Shown: one piece after another, positions 14,602-27,271 of the stretch
How the letters are laid out: every line of letters begins with the position of its first letter
How positions within the stretch are numbered: the stretch's first letter is position 1
Source: the human T2T-CHM13v2.0 reference genome, Homo sapiens
Assembly (NCBI RefSeq): GCF_009914755.1
Contig: NC_060925.1
DNA length: 64,000 nucleotides
Reading direction: 5' to 3' (one strand)
Notes under the pieces: generated by a model
Databases searched by the model: none
The model's input: only the letters and a program-made list of their open reading frames with translations
Told to the model about the DNA's origin: nothing
Position numbers and translations under genes: made by a program

Positions 14602-14664
14602 CCCCAGTGTGACGTGCTTCCTCTAAAAAGTAGGACCCCTACCTCCTGCCCCTACAGATACACT

Positions 14665-14755
14665 CCTGCCTGCCTGCCTGTCTGTCTACCTACCTATCTA
14701 TCTACCTGCCTATCTACCTGTCTGTCTACTTATCTATCTATCTAAATATCTATCT
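14665..14755. repeat. Compound tetranucleotide repeat (CCTG/CTAC/CTAT)n
   Basis: Directly visible. Confidence 0.85.
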
Positions 14756-16887
14756 GGTAAACATTCACATATAAAAATGAGTAGGAGAAACAGATACCAA
14801 AGCAATTATATGTGTCATCAAAGCTGAATAATTTTCCCCAAGTAGTAGGATTATGGGTGCATGCTGTATGTTTTGTTTTTTATGCTTTCTAATTTCCCAA
14901 ATATTAGCGATAAGTATATCTTATTTTTATTTTAAAAAATGACATTAAAGGATCTTCTTTGGGAAAAATAAACGTGGCCGCCATTCTTAGTCAGCCTAAA
15001 ATGGCACCAGAATCTATATTCCTGGTTGGGATGGGAGGCTACAATATTATCACCCCTATGGCAGACTTTCATTAGGAATTTGAATGAATTCTGTTCTTGA
15101 TTCTGGTTATACTACAGAGTCTTTGCCCCCAAAAGTTGGAAAAGCTTTCTGTTATGAAAGAAAGAATTATTTTCCTCCTTATTGTTCTCCGTCTAATCTG
15201 TTTATCACAAACAGCAGGGGGAAATGTCCTCCAACAGAGAAAAGGAGTGAGAGGAGTGACTTGACTGGGTTAGGAGATGGGAGATTGGAACTTGAGAGCA
15301 GTTATTTGCTGACCCAAGATTGGGGAGCGGTGTTCTTGGCATTGCTCAGGATGCCCTCTTGGTATCCAGATCTGCTTTTCAGTGAGGTGTGAACAAAACC
15401 TACCCTGTTGCTGAAGTAACTGGTAGGAGCTGCTTTGAATTAAAAGCCTGGCTTTCCTGGGAAAATTGGAGCATCATTTGGGTGAGCCAATGATAAAGAA
15501 AGCCAAGTGGTTGAAAAGCGCAGAGAAAATGGAGCCCGAATTCAAAGATCTCAAGGCCTGTGTTCTCAGTCGTGAACCGGGACACCTGCTTTTCTCTTGC
15601 ACCTCTGCTCTCTGATGAATAAAATGGGAACGGCATACTCCAGGTGCCATGGAGTATGCAATAGTTGAAGTGGTGCTCCCTCCCAAGCAGCAACAATAAT
15701 ACCTGCCCCATCTCCCCCAAATTTTTCAGAGAATGAGAGGATAGTACAATAGAAAACATTTTACCAGGGATGTCTCAGACCTGATCTGTTCAACGTGAAC
15801 TACAAAGGAACACAGTAATCGAAGGGGGGAAAGGCATTTTAGCACACTTATATTTCAATGCTTTAAAACATATAAGCAATCATGAATTATGCATCATGAA
15901 TTAACCACTATAGCAAAGCATTCTTCAACTATTTTAGTGCTGGGATTTTTTTGAAAGGGGTGGTTACTAAACAGATTTTTTTAGAACAGTTTTAACAGTT
16001 TTATTGTTGGGATGCTCCTGGATCTAGAGTCTTGTAAAATGATCTCCAAATATTGATCAAGCCTATACCTTCCCGTCTCACCACCTCTCTGGATATATTC
16101 ACACAGACTAGTCCTTATGGCCTTGGCACCATTGTTGTATCTGTTATAGTCACCTGAATTAGCCTCTGTACTTTTCAAAACTCACCTCAAAGAGTGCTCC
16201 CTCTATGAAGTATTTCCTGATGTTGCAACAAAATGTGATATTGTTTTCATTTGAAACTTCATAGCAATGGGACTCTACCATTTATTAGGTTCTGCCTTGA
16301 TTTATAAGTTCATTCGTGGGCTTATCTCCCTCCTTGAACACATGAACTACATCTCACTCATCATTATATACCCATGAGCATCTAGTATAGAACCTTGTGC
16401 AGAACAAATACCTGGAATCCCATAAATACATGGGACATCCAGAGTCAGAAAGAACCCTAGAAAGCATTTGAGCCAACCTTCTTATTTTTCAAAAAAGAAG
16501 ACTAAGGTCAAATAGGTGAAGGTGCTTTACCATTGACATTAGCTAGTTGTTGCCAGAGCCAGAACCAAAACTTGAGTCCCTTGACCTGCAGGACAGCTGT
16601 CATTTCACTGCTGGCTGGGACTTAATTACAGAGTCTTTGGGAAGTATAAACACATCATACTAGTGGGAGGTATTAACATCATATCCAGAGGCTCACTGGG
16701 AGGACCCAAACTTATTTGAGGGTGGGGGCAATATTATCACCCACAGTAATAGTTGCCCATTTGATGAGTGTCTCCATGTGCCAGGCACTATGCTAGGTCC
16801 TTTACACAAGATGCCTCATTGTCATTGTCTGCTGAAAACAGCCACCCAATCTCAGAGGACTGACTTCTCTCCCTTTTTCCCTTCTAG

Positions 16888-16980
<93 letters not shown>

Positions 16981-17353
16981 TCTCCCAGCAATCGCATCCC
17001 GGCTGACCCTGTGCCCCAGTTGGGGCAGGGGCAGGAGGGAGGGTTTCTCTCCCAACGCTGAAGCGGTCAGACTGGAGGTCGAAGCAATCAGCAAACACAA
17101 TAAGAGTCTCCTTCTCTTCTCTTCTTTGGGATGCTATTTCAGCCAATCTGGACACTTCTTTATACTCTCTTCCCTTTTTTTTCTGGGTAGAAGCCACCCT
17201 TCCCTGCCTCCAGCTGTCAGCCTGGTTTTCGTCATCTTCCCTGCCCCTGTGCCTCTGTCCTAGACTCCCGGGGTCCCCGCCCTCTCTCATATCACTGAAG
17301 GATATTTTCAACAATTAGAGGAATTTAAAGAGGAAAAAAATTACAAAGAAAAT

Positions 17354-17359
17354 AATAAA
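17354..17359 (+). terminator. PBX1: Candidate proximal polyadenylation signal AATAAA
   Basis: aataataaaagtgtttgtacgttttcatgctggtggtttg: hexamer followed by GU-rich sequence. Confidence 0.6.
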
Positions 17360-18639
17360 AGTGTTTGTACGTTTTCATGCTGGTGGTTTGAGGAGCCAAA
17401 TTTACCTCACTCGAATCCCTCACTCCCTATGTTAACAGGCAATCCTTCTCTGTTTCTCTTATTACTCTCACTACCTCTTAGCAGGAATACTCCACATTGC
17501 CCTATTCATTCCAGGCCTCCCTGCTTCCTCTTGCTCTTCCTCCCTGGGGACAGTACTGATTGGAACACTTTCCTCCTCTTCCTTCCTAGCCCCAGCTATT
17601 CACTGGGGACTGTCATAGCTGGGATTCTAAAGGTGCCACATTTTTCAGTTTCATCTCCACTAGGTTGGTTCCCGGGCAGGAAGTCAGGCAGCAGGGAAGG
17701 ACACGGGAACAGCAGGTGGAGAATTCCTACAGTCTTTCTTACCCTGCTAGCAATAGCTCTCAGTTTCAGAGGCACAGTCTTTGGAGACCATTTAGCACTG
17801 AGAAAGCAATATTTAGAACCTATTGCAAAACTGGGCCTGAGTTAGGCATGGTGATGAATGCATCAGCAAGGAATAGAAAGTTCTTATCGTGAAACCCTTC
17901 AACCTCAACTATGCCTTCATAGACACACACGTTCATGCACATGTAGGCACATGTACCATCTCACATCTTCACTTTCCCGAGATGCCATATACAATTACCT
18001 ACATTAATAACTGTAGCACTATGCCTTTTGAGCCCGAGAGAGGGAATTAGTGACTCTAAGTGAAGGTCACTGACACAGAGAAGCAGTATGTGTCTGGGGC
18101 TTCCAGGACCTGCAGGCCCACTAGCGTGCACTTACCAGAATGGCATACACAGGACCTGATCATGAGGAAGACCAGGTTTCCAGTGTAAACTACTCTTGTT
18201 CCCACCACCTCTGGAGCACTCAGGGAGCCCCATACAGTACTTACAATGTCTTTAATGGACTTGATTCTGTTTAATTTTTTGTTTTATATTAGGCACACTG
18301 TATTAATTTTCCAAAATGTTATACCACACTATGTTCTTGGTCCTGACCTATTGCTCTGGAGGAAAGAGTTGTATAAGAACGTGGCTCATGTGAACTTTTG
18401 CTAGCTTCATTTGAGGACCTGAGAATCATGGGGAAAGGGAAGGTAATGTTTTCATTGAAATCATCACAGTGATTTTTATTCCCTGGGAACACAGCGTGTA
18501 CTAAAAATACATGAGAAAATAGCATGTATATGAAAGCTATTCTCAAAAGTCACCTGAGCTCACCATCTTCATAGCCAACCCTACCAGTTATAAAGATGGC
18601 AGCTCTATCACTTGATTAAGTGGGAGGTGGTCAAATATT

Positions 18640-18715
18640 TTGGTGCCTCATTTTCTTCATCTGTGAGATGGGAACTGTTATGCCTGGCTTACTAAGAGTC
18701 TTGTGAGAGACTGAG
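18640..18715. mobile_element. MIR core fragment inside the 3'UTR
   Basis: gtgcctcattttcttcatctgtgagatggg...ttgtgagagactgaga. Confidence 0.55.
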
Positions 18716-19643
18716 AAGTTGATTTTGTTCATATCCAATCTGTAAATGCGAAGTCAGGGGAAGTAATGTCCCTGAAATAAACGGGTTCATGCCATCTAGG
18801 GACAATAAATGGTTTTCTTGTTGTAACTTCTGGTTAATATCAGTACCTTGATGTCATCACCGTGATGACAAAGAGAAGAGTTATTGTTGATCTTCTTGGT
18901 TTTGGTCTGTCTCTTTTCTTAGGATAAAGAAAAACTTCCAAACTAGAAAAACAGGCCCTGGTTCCCTTAGTTTGCACTTGAACCCAATATGTTGCCTTGT
19001 ACATACTTGGTCCCTGTCACATTGACTGCTTGGGAGGCTTCCAGGGAGAAGTATGAGACCCTGAGGGGTGAGAATGGGCAGCTAGCAAGAACATGGAAAT
19101 TCTGCTTGGCACTACAGTCATAAATAGAAAACACTGTGTGTGCTCAGGGGAGCAGGGGATGCCACTGAAGAAACTCAAGGGAATGTGTATTTGAAGGAAA
19201 TGCAAAAACTAAGTATTTAGCAAAATGAAATTATGCCTTGATGACTAAAAGGCACTAGAAAGGTTGTGTCTACTAACTTCAGCCCTAATCAGAACAGATG
19301 CCTAGAAGGAGCATTTTTGTGACAACTTCATAGTGATTAGAATCAGTGGAGAACTCCATCTTAGTGGCAGGAATATAATGAAACTACCCACGCAAGAACA
19401 TGGTTGAATCACATTTGCTTGACTTAGGGCAAAGTACGAAAGAGAGACAAAAGGGTTCTCTTGGAAACAAGAAGAGTGACTCCAGATGTGGCCTGAATAA
19501 TTGCCATGTTAAGTTAATGCAAAAGATCAGAACAGGGCTACATTTGCACAGGCAGTTTCTCTCCGGGCCGTAGTTTTCACTGATGATCACCTTTCACAGC
19601 ATTTTCCCCAACCAGCATTTCACTTAGTCTTCTCTATACCCAG

Positions 19644-19706
19644 CACCTCCCCCGGCACCCCCGGCAAGCCCACTATCACTTCCGACTTCCAACGTGGCAT
19701 CCGTGA
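19644..19706 (+). CDS. PBX1: PBX1 alternative terminal coding segment HLPRHPRQAHYHFRLPTWHP* (alternative acceptor within the 3'UTR)
   Basis: tttcacttagtcttctctatacccag| then 20 codons and TGA in phase 0, the same phase as the 16888 acceptor; matches my recollection of a minor annotated PBX1 isoform. Confidence 0.75.
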   Translation, partial: HLPRHPRQAHYHFRLPTWHP

Positions 19707-22102
19707 GATCTGTCCACATTAGGCGAAGCAGGAGAACACTGAGAGCAGCAGGATGGGTTTGGAAAGAGCATGCCTCTGGAAACACAGCTTCCTGGGAATT
19801 CACATGAGGCCAGTCCTACAGAGAGCAAGATGCACCCCAGGATTTCTTCATTTTCTAATAGATGTGGGAGTGCTCCATTTTCCCCGACAGCGAATTTCCC
19901 CTGAGAAACGATACTAGACCCTGGGTTTGCCCACCTTGTAACTCTTCCTTATCTCCTCCTTTTCATCCCTAATTCATCCTCCCTCTGGCATGGAATTGAC
20001 GCCCGTGCAGTACATTTGCCAAGTGGCACCTTCTTTCAATTTATGTTTTATTTTGCTATGGTGGTGATTCTTTATTTGCTGGTTGTCTTTTCTCACACAT
20101 CTTTCTCTCTGTCTCTCTCTTTCCTGCTCTTTGTTTTTCTGCCCAGAAAAACCTGACTTCGATACCAAAAAAGATGAAACTACAGAAACTCAAATTTAAA
20201 AAAAACTTTAAAAGAAACAAAAAAATACTCAACGATTCTTTCAGCTTTATTAACATTTTCCATTGTTTCTTGCGACTTGTGTCTCGTTCTTTGTAGTATT
20301 GATGATGAACATTTGATAATGAATGTTCTTGTATATTCAGATAAAGAAAAAAAAAACCAAAAAAGCGGTCTGAATTTAATAGTGTTTATAATAAAAATTT
20401 TAAAAATGACCCTCATAGCACGCAAAACAGGATGGGGAATTTCCCCTCTTCTTTCTGTGACAATGCGCATCATTCCTGCATTAGTTTTTAACACCAGACT
20501 ACCTACATTCATCATTTCCCTCATTTTTCTTTTATTTTCTTGCATTTGTGAATTAGTTCAAGAATGCTAGAAAAGTGTCGAGTTGTGCACATCCATTTCT
20601 TGTTTCACAATGTTTAAAAGTGACAGTAATTCATTTTGTAAACTAAAAAAAAAAAAAAAAGGTTGGAATAGTGAGCATAATAGGTACAACCTAACACATT
20701 ATTATGTTTATTAACTTTGAGACCCAGAAATAAATTCTTTTCTTTTCTTGATTCTTGCTCTTAAAAATACAAAAAAAAAAATGTTTTGTTTTGTGTTATT
20801 TTTGGTTTGCTTATTGGGGGGCTTTTTTTAATTGTCAGGATTATGATCTTGCTGTTTTTCTTCAATATGTATACAAGGTGATGTGAAAAGATGACTTGGG
20901 CAGAGGAGTAAGAACAAGTAGGCTTGTTCTTCTACTTTGCTTCAGAATTCAGTTAATGCCAAAAGCGAAGATCAAGCCCATGTTGATGTCTCGTTGCTCA
21001 CCTGCATTTCCAGAGAGTGTGACACTCATGCAGTCCCTGAGAAAAATAAAATCAGGGACATACTTCTCCTTTTAGCCTTTTAAAAATTCAAAAACGTTTA
21101 GTCCAAGGGAACTTTTTATGCTATCAGGAAAGGTTTTTGCTGTTTTTGATTCTGATTATCACAGCCAAGTACTTTGTTTTATTTCTCCCTAATTAATAAC
21201 TACATTCCATGAGGCCTCTTCCAACCAAAGAGGCCTTTTCTTCCAGGAGAGTCCCGCAGGAGATGCTGGTATGATGGGCACCATTGGTTAAGTAAACTAC
21301 ATGCAGGAAGAAGTCCTTGGGGCCAGTCTGCCAGCTGAGTCCTGGTTTTGGATGAAGAGTTAATGAGATATTGGGCCAGGCTCAATGCTGTAGTTTTAAT
21401 GCTAAGAGGTTACGTTTACTTCACAGAGTACACCTCTTAGTAACCTCTGACTTAGGCAGCTGCTTAAAGCAAATTGCAAAACTGGCTTGATTTGGAATGT
21501 TTTTATTAGAGGAAAAAAGAAAGCCATATTATCTGGAAAAAAATTCATTTTAAATACCATCATTCAACAAATTATGTTCAGAAAGTGGTCAGAACTTAAG
21601 CAAGAAAAGTAAAGAAAGAATGCAGAATTGTGGAGCAATGCTTTAGGAAATATTTCTACCTGAACACTTGTACTCTTGAAGTCACAACAAAATAATGATG
21701 AGCTTTTCACATCACCTTTATGGTTTCAATCCCTAGCTCAAAGCTTCCTGGAATCTTTTATTTTTTGTAAACTTTTTTTTCTTTTGTTAAAATAAATAAA
21801 ACATTCAATGTTTTTCTCCTTTTCTCTCTTATTACTTCTTTCCTTTGGCATTTTCAATTTGAAATGCTTTCCTTTGGTTGTTGGTTTTATTCTCCCCCTA
21901 CCCCTCCCCTTTTCTTATTATTCAGAATATAAACCTGCAAAGCTCTGCTCTGTTTTGGTTTTGAAAGTTTAAGCTTTTCTGCTTCTGTGAGAGCACAGGC
22001 TTCTGTCCCTTTTGATTCCAACTGAACTTTTGTGTTCTCTAATGATACTAACACGGTGTAGGTTTTACAGTCTCCTAATTTGTACTGGTAATGCATATTC
22101 CA

Positions 22103-22108
22103 AATAAA
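22103..22108 (+). terminator. PBX1: Distal polyadenylation signal AATAAA of PBX1
   Basis: Upstream TGTA motif, AATAAA, CA at about 22124-22125, downstream ttgtattttgtg...tttcttttct. Confidence 0.8.
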
Positions 22109-23284
22109 TAGTTTCTTTTGTTGCAAAAAAAAATACTTGTATTTTGTGCACATTTCTTTTCTTACATGCTGGCAACTTCTCTTTCCCCAAACTAGGCCTG
22201 CATTAGTGTAGATTATGGTTTAAACTGTTGCCCTAATCACTGAAAAGTCTACATACTATGGTGGTGGGGCAGAGACCTTATGGACCACCTTCTTCACTCA
22301 GGAAATAAGAAGGAAGGAAGGAAGGATCATTTGTGGGTAAACAATAGCTGTATTACAGAGGGACAGAGCACCCCATCTTGTCTGCTTGCTACTGGCAGCC
22401 ATCCACCAAGCACCAGTTCAGAGAAATGCCAGGAGTATTTTCCATAATAAATTCTAAGTTCCTAAGTCATGGCTGTTTGCCCAGTGATTCTCCTTTTCTT
22501 CTCTTTGTCTGCTGTGATCTGGTCATAAGAAAAATTGTGGTTCCCAAGAGATATTTCAGGGGAAGGAATCTAGGTTACAAATAATACCCAGTTGTAGGCT
22601 CTCAGGAGTGTGATAGATGTTACTCCCAACAGATGTGCATCTCTACCATCTGTTATGCCTACCATCCCAAAGGAGCATCTCTTCCAATAGTCTGCACTCA
22701 TATTGAACCCCTGACCTTTGAGGTTTCGAAGTGTTACAGAGTGTGGTATCCCCAGTGTTCTAGCTGGAACACCAGGCCTCCACACCTAAGTCTGTGCCCA
22801 AGTCTTTAACACCATCTTCCCATCCATAGAGTGGGATGGAACTCCTTGTCTGCCTTTTGACATGTTACTCTAGGGCCATCACATGCATTACATTCTCATT
22901 TTCATGCTGTAGCTCTCCTATGAGGCTCTGTCCAGATCCTCTATGAGATGAGTATGTATTGAAAGTTGAGGTAATAATCACTTATCCCAATCACAATTCT
23001 AAATGATAGAAACTAGATCAAAGCATCCCCAGCCTATGGGAATCAAATTATCATTTTTATTAATGGACAAGCTAAGTGCCCATTGGCCTCCAAAGTTTAC
23101 AGCTATCTGCTAATGTTGAGTTGGTGAGTGTCACCAGAAGCCAAAATGGAGGACTCGTGTTCTCTCTTCAAATCTAAACATTGGAATATACTTACGGGAG
23201 CAAGCAGGCTCCGATTACTTCCTTTTTCAATTGCATGGAAAATTAGGGGCTAACTCACCCACCTAGTGTATTACTTAGAGTGGT

Positions 23285-23660
23285 ACTAAATAGATGTAAG
23301 AAACAGACCAAAAATGTATACTGCCTCAAATGCAATACAAGCTATTTCTCACTTACGGTATAGCCTAAGGCAAATGTCCCTGGTCATTGCCTCTCCTTGA
23401 AGTAATTTGGGGATCTAGCTGCTTCTACTCTGTGGCTCATCCATCCTCCAAGAATCTGTAGCTTTTCACATCTAGCCCACAGAAGGGAAAGGGTGTGAAG
23501 AAGGCCCACCCGCTTCTTGAAAGCCTTGACCAAGACTTCCATTCATATTCCTAAATGCAAGGGTTAGGGGTAGGCGTGGGGATTAGAAAAGTAGTCCCTG
23601 GCTAGGCAGCCACTTCCTGGGAACAATTGCACACAGTAACTCTGTGGACAGCTGACTCTG
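23285..23660. mobile_element. Old ERVL-MaLR (MLT1-type) LTR remnant
   Basis: acttccattcatattcc...aaatgcaaggg...gtagtccctggctaggcagccacttcc motifs. Confidence 0.45.
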
Positions 23661-24218
23661 TCCATCACACCTAGTGATGGGATAAGGAAGAGCAAAAGAC
23701 AAGCCCATCTATAGCTGTTTCATTGACTGGACACACTTTCAGTAGAGACATTTCCATGTCAGCATTCCACACTTGGCTTGATTACTCTTCACAAAGAAGA
23801 TCAAGAGAGGGATTTAACAGGGGCCAGAGATGTCCAATCCAATATTGCCCACTTAAAGTAGAGGAAACAGAAGTCTCCACCTCTATAGAAATGTAAGAAT
23901 GTGAGAGAAACGACCCCTTTTTTCCGACGTTCTCCAAATGTTGTTTTCTAGCGTGCCTTAGCACCGAGCCTGTGGTCATTAGGAAGGGAGAGCTGCAGTA
24001 CGTTAGGGCCACCTTGTTGCCATCTTCGGGTCACACTGACATGTTTACTGCTAGCTGGAAGAATCAAGTCTGGCAGCCAGCAGTCATCTTAAAGAGTATG
24101 GTAAAGTGTAGGTCTAACCCCTTAAAATCACAAAATCTCATACGCTCACCCCTTCTCCCAAACCATAGATTTGTACATGGCTATCCTTATAGATTAGACT
24201 TCCACCAAATCCCCATTT

Positions 24219-24508
24219 TATTTATTTATTTTTATTTATTTTATTTTTTTTTTTGAGACGGTATCTCGTGTGATCTCTGCTCACTGCAACCTCCACCTCC
24301 TGGGTTCAAGCAATTCTCCTGCCTCAGCCTCCCAAGTAGTTTGGATTACAGGCATGCACCACCATGCCCAAATAATTTTTGTAATTATAGTAGAGACGAG
24401 GTCTCACCATGTTGGCCAGGCTGGTCTCGAACTCCTGGCCTCAAGTGATCCTCCTGCCTTGGTCTCCCAAAGAACTGGGATTACAGGCATGAGCCACCGC
24501 ACCTGGCC
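24219..24508 (-). mobile_element. AluS element with a ~28-bp right-arm deletion; TSD aaatccccattt
   Basis: gagacggtatctcg|tgtgatctc lacks ctctgtcgcccaggctggagtgcagtgg; TSDs at 24207-24218 and 24509-24520. Confidence 0.9.
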
Positions 24509-24533
24509 AAATCCCCATTTCAAAAACAGACAT

Positions 24534-24635
24534 GACTGGTCCAAGTGCAGTCGTGTTTGCAACTAATTGATTACAACCAGTTACAGATTCCTTTGTTCCT
24601 TCTCCACTCCCACTGCTTACTTTGATAAGCCTTTT
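24534..24635 (+). pseudogene. Y RNA (RNY3-derived) retropseudogene, full length
   Basis: gactggtccaagtgcagtcgtgtttgcaactaattgattacaaccagttacagattcctttgttccttctccactcccactgctt...agcctttt closely follows hY3; A-rich tail follows. Confidence 0.93.
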
Positions 24636-25248
24636 AAATTAAAAAAAATTTTTTTTTTAAAACGTGCAACAAAATGTCAATTTTACTGACCACCATTTCG
24701 TATGCAGAATATAGCCTTCCTTCTGGAAACATCCATTGTGGAGAAAGGCACAAGAACCTAGTCTTATCAAATCATTCAGTGGGTAAGTTCAAGAAGGTTG
24801 TTTTAATCTGGATCCTTGAATCAGGAATGATGTTCTGCTTTGGGGAGTTCCCTCTCATTCCTGCATAAAAGCTACTATAGTGTACAAAGAAGTAAGTGGT
24901 TTTGCTGACCACCGAGGCCAGTGTGATTCAACCTATGGCTTCCAGCCTTAGGCAGACTTCTGAGGTCACCTTGGGCATGGTAGAGGTGAGGTAAGGAAGG
25001 TTGTAAAGGGTTATAGCAGTGGCATTGCCCAGGACCACATTCTTTGGAGAATCATTGTCCTTGTATATCCTCCCAGGACCCATGCAAAAGACAATGCAGC
25101 TCTTATTTCTGGATGCTTCTAGATAGATCAAAACGGTGCATTCATTAATATCCAGGTTCTCCTGTACCCTCAGCCAAAATTCACTCTCTCCCACAATGCC
25201 CAGTCACATGACATAGCTCACCAGAGTTATCCTCCTCTCTCTCTCTCT

Positions 25249-25549
25249 CTTTTTTTTTTTTTTTTTTTTTTGAGACGGGGTCTTGCTGTTTCACCAGGCT
25301 GGAGTGAGGTGGCACGAACATGGCTCACTGCAGTCTCGACCTCCCTGAGCTCAAATGATCCTCCCACCTCAGCTACCCAAGTAGCTGGGACTTCAGGCAT
25401 GCACCATACCCGGCTAATGTTTGTATTTTCTGTAGAGATGAGGTCTTGCCATGTTGCTCAAGCTGGTCTCGAACTCCTGGGTTCAAGCAATCTGCCTACA
25501 TTGGCCTCCCAAAGTGCTAGGATTATAGGCGTGAGCCACCACGCCTAGG
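25249..25549 (-). mobile_element. AluJ element
   Basis: Diverged dimer (gggtcttgctg, ctcaaatgatcctcccacctcagc, gaactcctgggttcaagcaatc). Confidence 0.9.
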
Positions 25550-27271
25550 TTCCTCTCTTTTAAATTAAAATTCAAAGGAATATTAGTCTACACCTCCACA
25601 GTCTCCAATTTCCTCCTGCTGTGTTCATTCCCAGCCAGTACACCCTCACTCCATTGCCAGAAGTAAAGTCGAAGGCCTGCCTTCTATAGCAGCAGCTGGC
25701 CTCTTATATTGAAATGAGGAAAATCATTCTGCCCCCTCCAAAGTTAAATTAATCCAACCTTGAATCTTTCTAGTATCCCATTTTTTTTCTAGAAAGTCAC
25801 TTGGTAGGCATTTGAACCATATCCCAGTGTTGGCCTGACCCACAGAATTTAGAAAACACAGCAAAGCTCAGACTCCTACAGCACAATTACATTTCCAGAA
25901 CCCAGAGCATGGAACATGACCAGTGGTAACAAATGACCATAGAAGAGATTTGAAAACTTGGTGAGGAAGCAGGAAAGACAGAGAGCACGTGAGAAAGCAA
26001 AAATACAATTTTTATTTCAGTCTTTACAATGCCAGTTGAGTACTATCAAATAGAATGTTGAAAAACAGCCACCAGCAAGAGGTTAATTTTGCACTCTGCT
26101 TCCTATATCCTGAGGGAAACAATCCGATCTATGCATTCTGCCTCCTTTCTCTGAGAATGACCTTTGAAATATTCATGTCTTTGTGAAAAATTCAAAAATG
26201 TAAAATGGGTCCTCTCCAGTCCACAGGCTCACTTGAGGCTCCCGCCTCCCCCTTGGTATTCATATACATATTTGAGATTTATCTTGATTTCCATTTCCCT
26301 TTAAACCCTGCATTCCTAATCCTAGATATGTTTATCCCTGTACCACTGTGACCTCTGCTGCTTCCTTCTCTGGAATTCCTCCAGCCCATGACCTTCTCTG
26401 GGCTTTTCCTTTGTCTCAATTGGAGTCAAGCTCAAATCCTGAAGCAGGCCATTGTTGGTGCAGAGGGCAGGGCTTCTTCCCTGGGCACCACTCCCCACAA
26501 AGCCTCCCTTCCTTCTGCCTTGGAGTTCCAGGCCTTGAATAACTGGTGCTGCTTCAGTATTAGCAGAAACATTCCTTTCTGCCCTCCCCTTGAGATTTGC
26601 ACCTGATGTTTCTCTCCTATTGTTCCTCAAATCCTTTTCAGCAGAGCCTGCAAGGTTTAAAATGTTCTAACCTGCTCCTTTCCCTGGTTCCATCCCTTCT
26701 CTGTCTTGCATAGGGCTCACTCTCTGCTGTTGGGCACAGACATTTGTTTTCCTAACATACTTCTCTAAATTATATTTTTAATTTTTTTTCAATATCTCTG
26801 GATCTGTCCAAAGCTTCCACTGTTCAGCTTTAATTCCTTGAGTTGAGTAATGCTTCATAGGCGGAGTCTTCCCAGGAGCACACACCCAGGCTCAGCCATT
26901 ACATGGCTGTAGTGTGTTTCCGCCCTCCCAGGAGCCCTCCCTTAGAGCCCATTTCCTACGCTACACCTTCAGAACACATGACAGGTCTGTTTCTCTATAC
27001 ATATAACTGCTATGTTGGAATTCACTAATAATCCTTCAAGTATTTTCCTCTGATCTTCTTGATTTTCCCCTCTCAAATGTGTCCACCTTTTCTGTTCGCA
27101 CCTAGTGAAGTCTTCTGAATCACCAGTGAGAACATTTCCAATTGCTGCCATAACTGGTCCCCTATCTGCTGCTTTGGGTGCTTTCTGGATCCTTTGGTAT
27201 TGAGGAACACATTGGTTGCTCACTAGATCCTAAAAACAAGACCACACATACTTGAATCCCAGCTCTGCTAC

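Larger units (their letters stand above)
16981..22125 (+). other. PBX1: PBX1 long 3'UTR (~5.1 kb)
   Basis: Follows the stop codon; almost free of repeats, with U/A-rich blocks; ends after AATAAA at 22103 with a U-rich downstream element. Confidence 0.85.
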
